Below are positions 9,310-18,228 of a DNA stretch of 64,000 bases, piece by piece. Below the pieces are notes generated by a model that was not told the DNA's origin, did not search any database, and saw only the letters and a list, made by a program, of their open reading frames with translations. The stretch is from contig CAZSTB010000005.1 of the NCBI GenBank assembly GCA_964609855.1, forward strand, positions 1,467 to 65,466. Reading direction: 5' to 3'. Source of the stretch: an uncultured Bdellovibrionales bacterium. GTDB lineage: Bacteria > Patescibacteriota > Minisyncoccia > Moranbacterales > GWC2-37-73. Both the position numbers and the translations under genes were made by a program. Each line of letters opens with the position of its first letter. Within the stretch, counting starts at the first letter, position 1.

Positions 9310-12045
9310 ATGGAAAAACAAATATATAATTTAAGCGCCACAGAAGTGCTGAAAAAATTCTCAGTAACTACTGCTGGCTTGACCTCGGTTCAGGCGCAGC
9401 AACGCACAAAGGAATACGGTTTAAACAGCGTTGCAAAGAAGCAAAATTGGAGCTGGTTTGCTTTATTAATGAATCAGTTTAATGATGCTCTAGTTTGGAT
9501 CCTGCTTGCAGCAGGATTTTTAGCTTTTATATTTGGCGAGCAAAGAGATACGGTAATAATTTTTTTGATTATTTTTATTAATGCTGCCATCGGTTTCTTT
9601 CAGGAGTATAAGGCCGAAAAAACCTTGGAAAATATTCGACGCTTGGCAAGTGATAGGGCTTTAGTTTTGCGCGATGGTGAAAGAAAGGAAATCGATGCAA
9701 AATTTTTGGTGCCTGGCGATATAATAATTCTGGCTGCCGGTGATACTGTACCTGCAGATGCTTATCTGCTTGAGAGTTATGATGTTTATTGCAACGAATT
9801 TATTTTTACTGGCGAATCAAAGCCTGGAAAAAAAATGCTTCAAGTCATTGCTGAAGAAAATATAGAGCTTGCAGATATGGACAACATGGTTTTAATGGGA
9901 ACGGCACTTACACGCGGCAGTGCGGTCGCTATCGTAACAGGAACAGGATCCAATACGCAACTTGGGAATATTGCTCATCTTGTCAGTGAGGTTAAGGAAG
10001 AAGAAACACCATTGCAAAAACAAATGCGTGTTTTGGGTAGGGATGTTTCGATTTTGGCAATCATGGTTGGTACACTCGTGATGATTGGCGGCTATTATTA
10101 CAATGTTTCTATGTATGAAAACTTCTTATTCGCACTTGCGCTTTCTGTTTCAGTTGTTCCTGAAGGTCTTCCTGCGGCAATCTCAGTAGCTCTATCATTG
10201 GGCATGAAAAAATTACTGAAAAAGAATGTGTTGGCAAAAAAACTGAATTCAGTTGAGACATTGGCTTCTGTAAGTGTTATTTGTACAGATAAAACTGGAA
10301 CTATAACTCGCAATGAACTGATGGTAACAAATATCATTGCTGGCGACGATGAATTTATAGTAGATGGGGAAGGGTATAAGAATCAAGGAAATTTTTCAAT
10401 ATTTGGACGAGTTATAAAACCTCAGGATTATCCTCAATTAGGAATGCTCTTTCAGATAGCCACGATCTGTAATGATGCTACTCTCACTGAAAAGGCAGGC
10501 AGTCCGGTAATTACCGGCGACCCTACTGAAGTTGCCTTGCTTGTGGCTGCAAGAAAATATGCTAAACTGGATTCATTTTATGAAAATTTAGTAAAAATCG
10601 ATGAAAATCCTTTTTCTTCGGAGCGCATGTGCATGAGCGTAATTTGCAGGGCTGCCGATAAGAGTCTAGCCTCCTTTGTAAAGGGTTCTCCAGATGTAAT
10701 GATTGATCTTTGTACTCATAAACGCATCGGAGAATCAATCATTCCTTTTACGCCAGAAGAAAAGCAGAAGGCTAAAAATAGCTATAACGCAATGAGTAAG
10801 CAATCGTTGAGAGTATTGGCATTTGCTGAGCGGAGCTTGGATGGGGTTGAGAATGCGGCGCTTATTGATGAAGCGGAAAAAAAATTAGTATGGGTTGGGA
10901 TGATGGGAATGATTGATCCACCACGCTCAGATGTGCGGGTGGCAATTGAAGAGTGTATAAAATCAGGTATTAAAGTCGTCATGATAACTGGCGATTATGA
11001 AATTACAGCGGAAGCGATAGCGAAAAAAGTTGGACTGCTTAAATCTGCAAACGGCGAAGTTATAAACGGGAAAACATTGAATACTTTGACGGATGCAGAG
11101 ATTCTCCAAAAGGTCACGGAGAGAGAGATTGTTTTTGCTAGGATTGCACCTGAGCAGAAATTAAGGATTGCAAATTGTCTGAAAGCTGGCGGAGTCATCA
11201 TTGCAATGACTGGGGATGGGGTAAATGATGCCCCGGCTTTAAAAGCCGCGAATATTGGGATAGCGATGGGGATTACTGGAACAGATGTCGCTAAAGAGGC
11301 GTCTGATATGATTCTATTGGATGATAATTTTGCTTCTATTGTAAAAGTCATTAAGGAAGGAAGAACTATTTATCTTAACCTTAAGAAATTCGTATATTAC
11401 GTTTTTACTTCAAATGTAAGTGAGTTTTTTACGGTTGCTATCGGCTTATTGCTTCAGATACCAGCTCCGATTGCAGCAGTGCAGATTTTGGCAATCGATT
11501 TGGGAACAGATATATTGCCTTCATTTTCCTTGGGAAAGGAGCTTCCAGAGCCAAACATTATGAAGCATAAGCCGTTTGATTCTAATGAGAAAGTTTTAAA
11601 TTCAGAAGGAATTTGGCGATTACTAAAAGTGGGGCTCATTATGGCTACGGGAGCTGTTATTGCTTTTATTCTATCCATGAAACGCGGCGGTTGGGATTTT
11701 GGCAATAAAATCGATCCAAACAGCGTACTATATATTAGATCCACTACTGCAACTTATACGGTGCTGGCAATGACTCAGATGGCAAACTTGATGCAAGCAA
11801 GAAGCGAAACAATTTCAGTATTTAAGTTAGGGTTTTTTAAAAACATGTATGCTGTTTGGGCAATGATAATGTCTACCGGGATTCTGCTATCTTTTATGTA
11901 CGTACCATTTTTGCAAAAGTCGCTTCACATGACGCCAATATTTTGGCAAGATTGGATGATGGTTATCGTAACATTTTTGGCAGTCTTTGTTTTCGAGGAA
12001 GGTCGAAAGGCTGAAAGCTCAGAATTTAAGAATAGAAGAAAATAA
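9310..12045 (+). CDS. Cation-transporting P-type ATPase (type II, Ca2+-like)
   Basis: TGES, PEGL, DKTGT, KGSP, DPPR, MITGD, TGDGVNDAPALK. Confidence 0.95.
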   Translation: MEKQIYNLSATEVLKKFSVTTAGLTSVQAQQRTKEYGLNSVAKKQNWSWFALLMNQFNDALVWILLAAGFLAFIFGEQRDTVIIFLIIFINAAIGFFQEYKAEKTLENIRRLASDRALVLRDGERKEIDAKFLVPGDIIILAAGDTVPADAYLLESYDVYCNEFIFTGESKPGKKMLQVIAEENIELADMDNMVLMGTALTRGSAVAIVTGTGSNTQLGNIAHLVSEVKEEETPLQKQMRVLGRDVSILAIMVGTLVMIGGYYYNVSMYENFLFALALSVSVVPEGLPAAISVALSLGMKKLLKKNVLAKKLNSVETLASVSVICTDKTGTITRNELMVTNIIAGDDEFIVDGEGYKNQGNFSIFGRVIKPQDYPQLGMLFQIATICNDATLTEKAGSPVITGDPTEVALLVAARKYAKLDSFYENLVKIDENPFSSERMCMSVICRAADKSLASFVKGSPDVMIDLCTHKRIGESIIPFTPEEKQKAKNSYNAMSKQSLRVLAFAERSLDGVENAALIDEAEKKLVWVGMMGMIDPPRSDVRVAIEECIKSGIKVVMITGDYEITAEAIAKKVGLLKSANGEVINGKTLNTLTDAEILQKVTEREIVFARIAPEQKLRIANCLKAGGVIIAMTGDGVNDAPALKAANIGIAMGITGTDVAKEASDMILLDDNFASIVKVIKEGRTIYLNLKKFVYYVFTSNVSEFFTVAIGLLLQIPAPIAAVQILAIDLGTDILPSFSLGKELPEPNIMKHKPFDSNEKVLNSEGIWRLLKVGLIMATGAVIAFILSMKRGGWDFGNKIDPNSVLYIRSTTATYTVLAMTQMANLMQARSETISVFKLGFFKNMYAVWAMIMSTGILLSFMYVPFLQKSLHMTPIFWQDWMMVIVTFLAVFVFEEGRKAESSEFKNRRK

Positions 12046-12049
12046 AAAT

Positions 12050-12982
12050 ATGATAAATATTCAAGAAAATATTGCCTTGGCGCCGCTGACTTCATTTAGG
12101 GTAGGCGGAAATGCGATTTTTTACGTTGAGGTTAGTGATGTGGAGCAATTAAAGGAGGCTTTGTCTTTTGCAGAAAGCAAGAAGATAGATTTTTTCGTGT
12201 TGGGTGGCGGCACAAATCTACTTGTTAGCGACAAGGGATTTGAGGGATTGGTTATTCGAATGAAAATGAATGAAATTTGCCTGAATGAAGAAATAATCAA
12301 TGTTCAAGCAGGAGTACCTTTAATAAAGACTATAAATATGGCTGCTACTGCAGGTCTTTCAGGGATGGAGAAAATGGCCGGCATTCCAGGAACGATCGGA
12401 GGTGCAGTAAGGGGAAATGCAGGGGCATTTGGAACGGAGATTTGTGATAGTGTCATAGAAGTTGAAGCCTTTGACTGTAAGAAAAAGGAGATTGCAATCT
12501 TTGATCGAACGATATGTGATTTTGCATATCGCTCAAGTATTTTTAAAAAAGATAAGCAGCTGATTGTTCTGTCGGTTAAAATTGCCTTAAAAAAAAGCAC
12601 CCCTACGGAGGTTCAGCAATTAACGAAAGATACTATAATTAAACGCGCAAGTACTGGCTTGCATGGAGTAAAAAGTGCGGGTTCATATTTTATGAATCCG
12701 AAAGTTGAAAATCAAAAGCTTAAAGATGATTTCGAGAGAGAAAAAGGCGTGGAAGCCAGGGAGGGTAAGCTGCCAGCAGGCTGGGTAATTGAACAAGCTG
12801 GTCTTATTGGTAAGAAAATTGGAGGAGCAGCAATAAGTGAAAAACATGCGAATTATATAGTTAATGATAATAATGCCACAGCGGATGAAATCATGATGCT
12901 GGTAAGTTATGTGAAGCAACAAGTTAGGGACCAATTCGGCGTGCAGTTGCAGGAGGAAATAAATTACATCGGTTTTAATTAA
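12050..12982 (+). CDS. murB: UDP-N-acetylenolpyruvoylglucosamine reductase
   Basis: FRVGG.A, GGGTNLL, GIPGTIGGAV.GNAGA, SAGSYFMNP, SEKHAN; ATG at 12050. Confidence 0.96.
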   Translation: MINIQENIALAPLTSFRVGGNAIFYVEVSDVEQLKEALSFAESKKIDFFVLGGGTNLLVSDKGFEGLVIRMKMNEICLNEEIINVQAGVPLIKTINMAATAGLSGMEKMAGIPGTIGGAVRGNAGAFGTEICDSVIEVEAFDCKKKEIAIFDRTICDFAYRSSIFKKDKQLIVLSVKIALKKSTPTEVQQLTKDTIIKRASTGLHGVKSAGSYFMNPKVENQKLKDDFEREKGVEAREGKLPAGWVIEQAGLIGKKIGGAAISEKHANYIVNDNNATADEIMMLVSYVKQQVRDQFGVQLQEEINYIGFN

Positions 12983-13002
12983 TTTTTTTAATATATAAAC
13001 AA

Positions 13003-13365
13003 ATGAGCACAACAGAAAACATGAGGTTTTTTTTCAAAGGAGTTGCAGTCGATCAGAAAACTAGAGATTATATCGAAAAACGCCTGAGCGGTCTGGATAA
13101 ATTTGTTGATAATATTTTAAAATCTGAAGTTGAGATTGATTTGGATAAAAAGGGTAAATTTCGCGTTGAGGTAATTATTCAGACTCCGCGTAACATGTTT
13201 ATGGCTGATAATACGACTGATAGTATTGAGGCTTCAACTGATATGGTAGTTGATGAACTGCAAAAACAAATTACCAATTTTAAAGATAAATTGCGAACAC
13301 TGAAAAAGAGAGGCGCTATTTCTCTTAAGAAAAAAGTAGTAGTTGATGAATCTGCTCGTTTCTAA
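13003..13365 (+). CDS. hpf: Ribosome hibernation promoting factor (RaiA/HPF)
   Basis: RDYIEKRL..L.K, .A......I.AS.D..VD.L.KQI...KDK pattern. Confidence 0.8.
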   Translation: MSTTENMRFFFKGVAVDQKTRDYIEKRLSGLDKFVDNILKSEVEIDLDKKGKFRVEVIIQTPRNMFMADNTTDSIEASTDMVVDELQKQITNFKDKLRTLKKRGAISLKKKVVVDESARF

Positions 13366-13415
13366 TAGTGGTAATATTGGAACATAATAAAAGCAAGGCA
13401 TTAGCGCCTTGCTTT

Positions 13416-13716
13416 TTATCGCAGCGGCATTATAGCAAAGAGAATTATGATGGCTCCAATAACTGCTAGAATGATACCAATAGGACCAAGAATTACTTCC
13501 GGATTTATCAGGCTCACAATCACTGATATAGCCCAAACGAAAACTAGAATAAAAGGTATTATACCCCAGGGCAAGCCCTGGACCCTTCGAGTTCCGTGGC
13601 GCTCCGTCGCTGGGGTATTAAACCTTTTGATATCATCGCTCGCTCGGAAATGAAAGCATGCTTTCATTTCGCTCGCTTCGCTTGATAATAAAAATAATCC
13701 AAAATGCAAATTTCAT
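13416..13716 (-). pseudogene. 53-aa two-TM membrane protein gene interrupted by a repeat element
   Basis: Removing 13548-13686 restores MKFAFWIIFI-LVFVWAISVIVSLINPEVILGPIGIILAVIGAIIILFAIMPLR*. Confidence 0.75.
13555..13686 (+). mobile_element. AATAAA-targeting structured non-autonomous element, copy 1
   Basis: Flanked by AATAAAA direct repeats (13548-13554, 13687-13693); similar to 25171-25287 and to the reverse of 42921-43047. Confidence 0.8.
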
Positions 13717-13806
13717 GGAATTTGTTGTTTTTTAATTACCTAAATAATACATGAATTCAAGGGTTATATTCTTAACTAGTGTTTGTGTTAAGGGTGATAT
13801 GTGATA

Positions 13807-13834
13807 TTGACATTCAAATTCAAACTTGTATAAT
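13807..13834 (+). promoter_or_regulatory. Sigma70-type promoter
   Basis: TTGACA-16bp-TATAAT. Confidence 0.75.
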
Positions 13835-13840
13835 TGCAAT

Positions 13841-13936
13841 ATGCTTACAAACAAATCAAATCAAAATATTTATACATTTATGTATTTTTGGTTTATCGGC
13901 CGCCAAGGTCGGTTTGTTTTTGCGAATAATGCATAA
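13841..13936 (+). CDS. Putative attenuator leader peptide, aromatic-rich
   Basis: MLTNKSNQNIYTFMYFWFIGRQGRFVFANNA*; overlaps an antiterminator segment at 13905-13915. Confidence 0.55.
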   Translation: MLTNKSNQNIYTFMYFWFIGRQGRFVFANNA

Positions 13937-13961
13937 GAGTTTATACATTGTTCGAATTGAT

Positions 13962-13988
13962 AAGCCGACCTTGAAGGGTCGGTTTTTT
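13962..13988 (+). terminator. Attenuator terminator
   Basis: AAGCCGACC-TTGAAG-GGTCGGTTT followed by a T run. Confidence 0.75.
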
Positions 13989-14049
13989 GTTTTAATTTAG
14001 TTTCTTAACATCACTGTCCCAGTGTGGACAAAAAAAGGAGAAAATATTC

Positions 14050-14253
14050 ATGAAAAGAGGATACTTTGTGGAGTCTTCCAATGTAGGCATGAAGGGTCGA
14101 GAGCAGGCAATGAATGAGCAAATAATGGAGGGGCAAACTGGAATAATGCAGTATGCTTCAATAAATAACAATGATTTTGTTGCAGAATTCTGCCCCTATG
14201 ATATGGGTTCAATTGCACTGAGGAGAATGCGCTTGAATAGATCCAGACGCTAG
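14050..14253 (+). CDS. Small hypothetical protein
   Basis: 67 aa, AAGGAG SD upstream. Confidence 0.55.
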   Translation: MKRGYFVESSNVGMKGREQAMNEQIMEGQTGIMQYASINNNDFVAEFCPYDMGSIALRRMRLNRSRR

Positions 14254-14300
14254 CTTATTCATTGTCAAAGATAAGAAAACATTGAAAAAAGAGGTGAGCT

Positions 14301-14489
14301 ATGAATGCTGGGTATTCAGTGGAAGACACCCTTGAAGATCCCTATGATAAATTGCAAGCAGCTATTGAGCTGAAAAAAGAACTGCAAAGAGAAATTGCCA
14401 TTAATCATGATCCAAAATTGAAAGAACAATTTTTTAAGCAGGAAATGTTGGTAACTAGTTTAAAAAAGTCACTGCAATTGTGTTGGTAA
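14301..14489 (+). CDS. Small helical hypothetical protein
   Basis: 62 aa, GAGGTGA SD; followed by a terminator. Confidence 0.65.
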   Translation: MNAGYSVEDTLEDPYDKLQAAIELKKELQREIAINHDPKLKEQFFKQEMLVTSLKKSLQLCW

Positions 14490-14507
14490 AAATTGCTTCA
14501 ACCGGAC

Positions 14508-14543
14508 AGGGGAAGTTGCGTATTGCGCAGCTTCCCCTTTTTT
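14508..14543 (+). terminator. Intrinsic terminator
   Basis: AGGGGAAGTTGCG/CGCAGCTTCCCCT followed by a T run. Confidence 0.8.
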
Positions 14544-14597
14544 CTTGTAGTGGTATAATAAGATTATCGTTCGTAGATTTTTTTGATAAAAAACAAT

Positions 14598-15170
14598 ATG
14601 AAATTTAATAAAAATACATTCGAAATAATATTCTTTGCTCGCGGAGGACAGGGTGCAAAGACCGCTTCAGAACTTGTTGCGCACGGAGCAGTTTTGGAAG
14701 GAAAATATGTGAAAGCCTTTCCTTTTTTTGGACCAGAGCGTTCTGGTGCTCCAACAAAAATGTTTTTACGTATTTCTGAAAGCGAAATTCGCACACAAGA
14801 GCCGATTATTGATCCTGATGTTGTCGTGGTGATGGATGAAACTGTTTTGGACACGGATTACGTGACTGCCAGTTTAGCCAAAAATGAGTCCTTGATTATA
14901 AATTCAAAAAATAGTCCGAATGAAATTAGAAAAAAGATTTTACATTTTGAAGGTAAGATTCATGCCATAGATGCAACTGGAATTGCGATCAGAATTACTG
15001 GAAATGCCAACCCTAACATGGTACTTGTTGGACAGCTTATTAAGATTTCAGAAATTATAAAGCTTGAAAGTGCGGCGGAAATTTTTCGTGAAGTATTCAA
15101 TGAAAAATTAGGAAAAGATTTGACTGAAAAGAATATCAAAGCCATGGAGGAGGGATATGATGCGCTATAA
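14598..15170 (+). CDS. porC: Pyruvate/2-oxoacid:ferredoxin oxidoreductase gamma subunit
   Basis: ARGGQGAKTA, FP.FGPERSGAP, PD.VVV.D; first gene of a gamma-delta-alpha-beta operon. Confidence 0.92.
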   Translation: MKFNKNTFEIIFFARGGQGAKTASELVAHGAVLEGKYVKAFPFFGPERSGAPTKMFLRISESEIRTQEPIIDPDVVVVMDETVLDTDYVTASLAKNESLIINSKNSPNEIRKKILHFEGKIHAIDATGIAIRITGNANPNMVLVGQLIKISEIIKLESAAEIFREVFNEKLGKDLTEKNIKAMEEGYDAL

Positions 15171-15176
15171 GAAAAT

Positions 15177-15286
15177 AATTTAGAATTCGGAATTTCGAAT
15201 AATATCTGAATTACATAACGTTTTAAAAATTCAAAATTTAATCATTAGAAATTCATTCAAAATTCAAAATTATAAATTCAAAATTT
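15177..15286. repeat. Inverted heptamer array (TTTAGAA / TTCAAAA), gene-less
   Basis: ATTTAGAATTCGGAATTTCGAAT ... ATTCAAAATTCAAAATTATAAATTCAAAATT. Confidence 0.7.
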
Positions 15287-15296
15287 GTTAAATATT

Positions 15297-15587
15297 ATGG
15301 AAAAAGGAGGAATTATAACGCATGACCAAAGTAAAGCTCCAAAAACCGGAGACTGGAAATATTCGTCGCCAGTTATTGATGCTGCCAAATGTATCGGATG
15401 TAAGACCTGCGTACCGCATTGCCCTGAGGCAGTTATGGAAATGAGGGCGAGAGCTACTGAAGAAATTGAAATCAGTGGAAAAATTGGAAAGGAAAAGGAA
15501 ATCGTTGGGGTTGATATGGAATATTGTAAGGGTTGCGGCGTGTGTGCTCAAGTTTGTCCGGTTAAGGCCATAAATATGAAAAAGTAA
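15297..15587 (+). CDS. porD: POR delta subunit (2x[4Fe-4S] ferredoxin-like)
   Basis: KTGDW, CIGCKTCVPHCPE, CKGCGVCAQVCP. Confidence 0.93.
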   Translation: MEKGGIITHDQSKAPKTGDWKYSSPVIDAAKCIGCKTCVPHCPEAVMEMRARATEEIEISGKIGKEKEIVGVDMEYCKGCGVCAQVCPVKAINMKK

Positions 15588-15626
15588 ACTTTTTTCATAT
15601 TTAGTATCCAGTATATGGTATCCTGT

Positions 15627-16001
15627 ATGGAATACAAAAATTCAAAAATACAGTCGTTTACTGATCTAGAAGCCTGGAGAGAGGGTCATAGATTAGTATT
15701 GGGTATTTATAGGATATCGCAAAAATTTCCAAAAGAAGAAATTTATGGTTTGGTTAGTTAGATGAGAAGGTGTTCAGTTTCCATAACCTCTAATATTGCT
15801 GAAGGTTTCAGTAGGAATACCGTAAAGGATAAGTATCAATTTTATTGTGTAGCACATGGTTCGCTGACTGAATTGCAAAATCAATTATTGATTGCTCGTG
15901 ATATAAAATATTTGGAAAAAGCTGAGTTTGATAAAATTGCTTCGCAAACAATCACAGTAACAAAATTACTTAATGGTTTAAAGAGAATTAAAAATCAATG
16001 A
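15627..16001 (+). pseudogene. Four-helix-bundle protein (23S rRNA IVP / bAvd-like) with an internal TAG
   Basis: SFTDLEAW...IY.....FPKEEIYGLVS*MRRCSVSITSNIAEGF; TAG at 15759-15761 replaces the conserved Gln. Confidence 0.85.
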
Positions 16002-17191
16002 AAAAAATACCAAATACCAAATACCAAATACTAAATACCCATCGCGTTCGCGCGATGAATGGTGGTTATGCAGTGGCGGAAGCTTTTCGTCAAATTCACC
16101 CTGATGTGATGGCGGTATATCCGATTACGCCGCAAACCACGATCATAGAAACCTATGCGAAAATGAAAGCTGACGGACTAGTTGCGACGGAGATTATCCA
16201 AGCTGAATCCGAGCATTCAGCCATGAGCGCAACAATTGGAGCTTGCAGTGCGGGGGCGCGAGCAGTGACAGCTTCAAGCTCGCAAGGAATTTTACATATG
16301 GCGGAAACTTTGCCGGTAGTGAGTGGCCTAGGTCTTCCTATTGTGATGGCTGTAAGTTCTAGAGCGCTTTCCGCACCGCTTAATATCCATGGCGAGCATG
16401 GAGATGTGATGGCTGTGCGCGACATGGGCTGGATTCAGATTTTTGCTGAGCAGGCGCAAGATGCATATGATAACACTATAATTGCCCTCAGGTTGGCTGA
16501 AAAAGCGGGGGTGCCAGTTATGCCGATTATGGATGGATTCCATACCTCACACACTACAGAGCGCGTGGAGATGATTGAAGATGAAATTATCCGGACTTTT
16601 GTCGGTGATTTTGCGCCCGAGCAAAAACTAACGGATTTTGAGGACCCTATCACACTTGGAACCTTGGCGCTGCAAAACACTTATTTTGAATTTAAAGTTG
16701 AGCAAGAAAAGAGGATGGAAAAAGCCAAATCTGAATATGTGAAAATTTGCAGTGAGTATGCAAAAATTTCTGGAAGAAAACATGGTCTTTTTGAATCCTA
16801 CAAAATGAAAGATGCTCAAGAGGTTATTGTGATGATGGGTGCAACTGCAGGCACAGCTAAAGATGTTGTGGATGCATTGCGCGAAAAAGGCAAAAAAGTT
16901 GGACTCTTGAAAATAAATTTATATAGACCCTTTCCCTATAAAGAAGTTGGCAATGAGCTTGCGCACATCAAGAAAATTGCAGTATTGGATCGCGCTATTT
17001 CATTCGGCGCTTACCCGCCGCTCTATCAAGACATAGTAATTGCTATGCAACATGCTGGCAGCCGTAAGCATGAAGTTTCCAGTTATATTTATGGACTCGG
17101 TGGACGAGATACGATGCAAAAAGATATCGAAAAAGTTTACAATGATTTAGAGGAGGGAGAGATTTCTAACAAAATAAAATACCTAAAGTAA
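15998..17191 (+). CDS. porA: POR alpha subunit
   Basis: YPITPQT, ESEHSAMS, TASSSQG, RALSAPLNIH, GLGGRD; start may instead be the ATG near 16055. Confidence 0.94.
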   Translation: MKKIPNTKYQILNTHRVRAMNGGYAVAEAFRQIHPDVMAVYPITPQTTIIETYAKMKADGLVATEIIQAESEHSAMSATIGACSAGARAVTASSSQGILHMAETLPVVSGLGLPIVMAVSSRALSAPLNIHGEHGDVMAVRDMGWIQIFAEQAQDAYDNTIIALRLAEKAGVPVMPIMDGFHTSHTTERVEMIEDEIIRTFVGDFAPEQKLTDFEDPITLGTLALQNTYFEFKVEQEKRMEKAKSEYVKICSEYAKISGRKHGLFESYKMKDAQEVIVMMGATAGTAKDVVDALREKGKKVGLLKINLYRPFPYKEVGNELAHIKKIAVLDRAISFGAYPPLYQDIVIAMQHAGSRKHEVSSYIYGLGGRDTMQKDIEKVYNDLEEGEISNKIKYLK

Positions 17192-17194
17192 TTT

Positions 17195-17308
17195 TATTTT
17201 TTAATTTACAATGATCAATTTACAATTTACAATTAAATATCAATTACACAATGTAAAATGAAAATTTTGAAAATTCAATGAAAATTGAAAATTGTGAATT
17301 GAAAATTA
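17195..17308. repeat. Inverted heptamer array (TTTACAA / TTGAAAA), gene-less
   Basis: AATTTACAATGATCAATTTACAATTTACAATT ... AATTGAAAATTGTGAATTGAAAATT. Confidence 0.75.
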
Positions 17309-17315
17309 TTTAAAT

Positions 17316-18224
17316 ATGAACAAAGAACTTACAAAAAAATTATCAGCCGGGCACGCGACATGCGCAGGCTGTGGAATTCCGGCAATTGTGCGCACAATCT
17401 TAGGTGCAACTGACGAGCCCGTGATCATTTCCAATGCAACTGGTTGCTTGGAGGTGACGACAACAATTTATCCCTCGACTGCCTGGAAAGTTCCTTATAT
17501 CCACAGCGTCTTTGGAAACGCCAGTGCAACAGCAGCTGGCATAGATGCTGCACAAAAAGCTTTAGAGAAAGCCGGCAAGATTTCCAAGAAAGCTAAAATT
17601 GTTGTTTTTGGAGGAGATGGCTCAACATATGATATCGGTTTGCAATCACTTTCTGGCGCACTCGAAAGAGGGCATGATTTTCTTTACGTTTGTTATGATA
17701 ATGGCGGCTACATGAACACTGGAGGACAAAGGTCTGGGGCAACCCCCTATGGCGCAACAACGGAAACGGCCCCTGCAGGATTGGAATCTTTTGGAAAAAC
17801 CCAACAGCGAAAAGACTTGATGGAGATCGTCAATGCCCATGGCATCAAATATTTAGCACAGGCTAATGTTGCGAATCTTGTTGATCTTAAACGTAAAGCT
17901 GAAAAAGCTTTTAATACTCCAGGTCCTTCATTTTTGTTGGTCTTGCAGCCGTGCACTCAAATTTGGAAATTTCCAACTTCGCAGTATGTTGCGATTGGAA
18001 AATTAGCTACGGAAACAAATTTCTGGCCATTGTATGAAATCGACAATGGAAAATATATTATAAATACTGTCCCAAAAGAAAGAAAGTCAATTGAAGAGTT
18101 TCTGAAAACCCAAGGACGCTTCAAGCATTTATTTGCTGAAAAAAATAAGGCCATAATTGAAGAAATTCAAAAAATGGTTGATAAAAATTGGGAAAAATTA
18201 TTGAGAAAAACTGAAATACAATAG
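17316..18224 (+). CDS. porB: POR beta subunit (TPP-binding)
   Basis: GHATCAGC, NATGC, GGDGSTYDIG, YDNGGYMNTG.QRS. Confidence 0.95.
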   Translation: MNKELTKKLSAGHATCAGCGIPAIVRTILGATDEPVIISNATGCLEVTTTIYPSTAWKVPYIHSVFGNASATAAGIDAAQKALEKAGKISKKAKIVVFGGDGSTYDIGLQSLSGALERGHDFLYVCYDNGGYMNTGGQRSGATPYGATTETAPAGLESFGKTQQRKDLMEIVNAHGIKYLAQANVANLVDLKRKAEKAFNTPGPSFLLVLQPCTQIWKFPTSQYVAIGKLATETNFWPLYEIDNGKYIINTVPKERKSIEEFLKTQGRFKHLFAEKNKAIIEEIQKMVDKNWEKLLRKTEIQ

Positions 18225-18228
18225 TTTT

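Noticed and set aside
13416-13709. 97-aa ORF in the ORF track
   Set aside because: Its N-terminal half is translated repeat element; better explained as an interrupted 53-aa gene
15759-15761. TAG-to-Gln recoding (genetic code 15)
   Set aside because: TAG ends conserved genes at the expected positions (ftsW, porB, prfB, tyrS, pheT); only one internal TAG was seen
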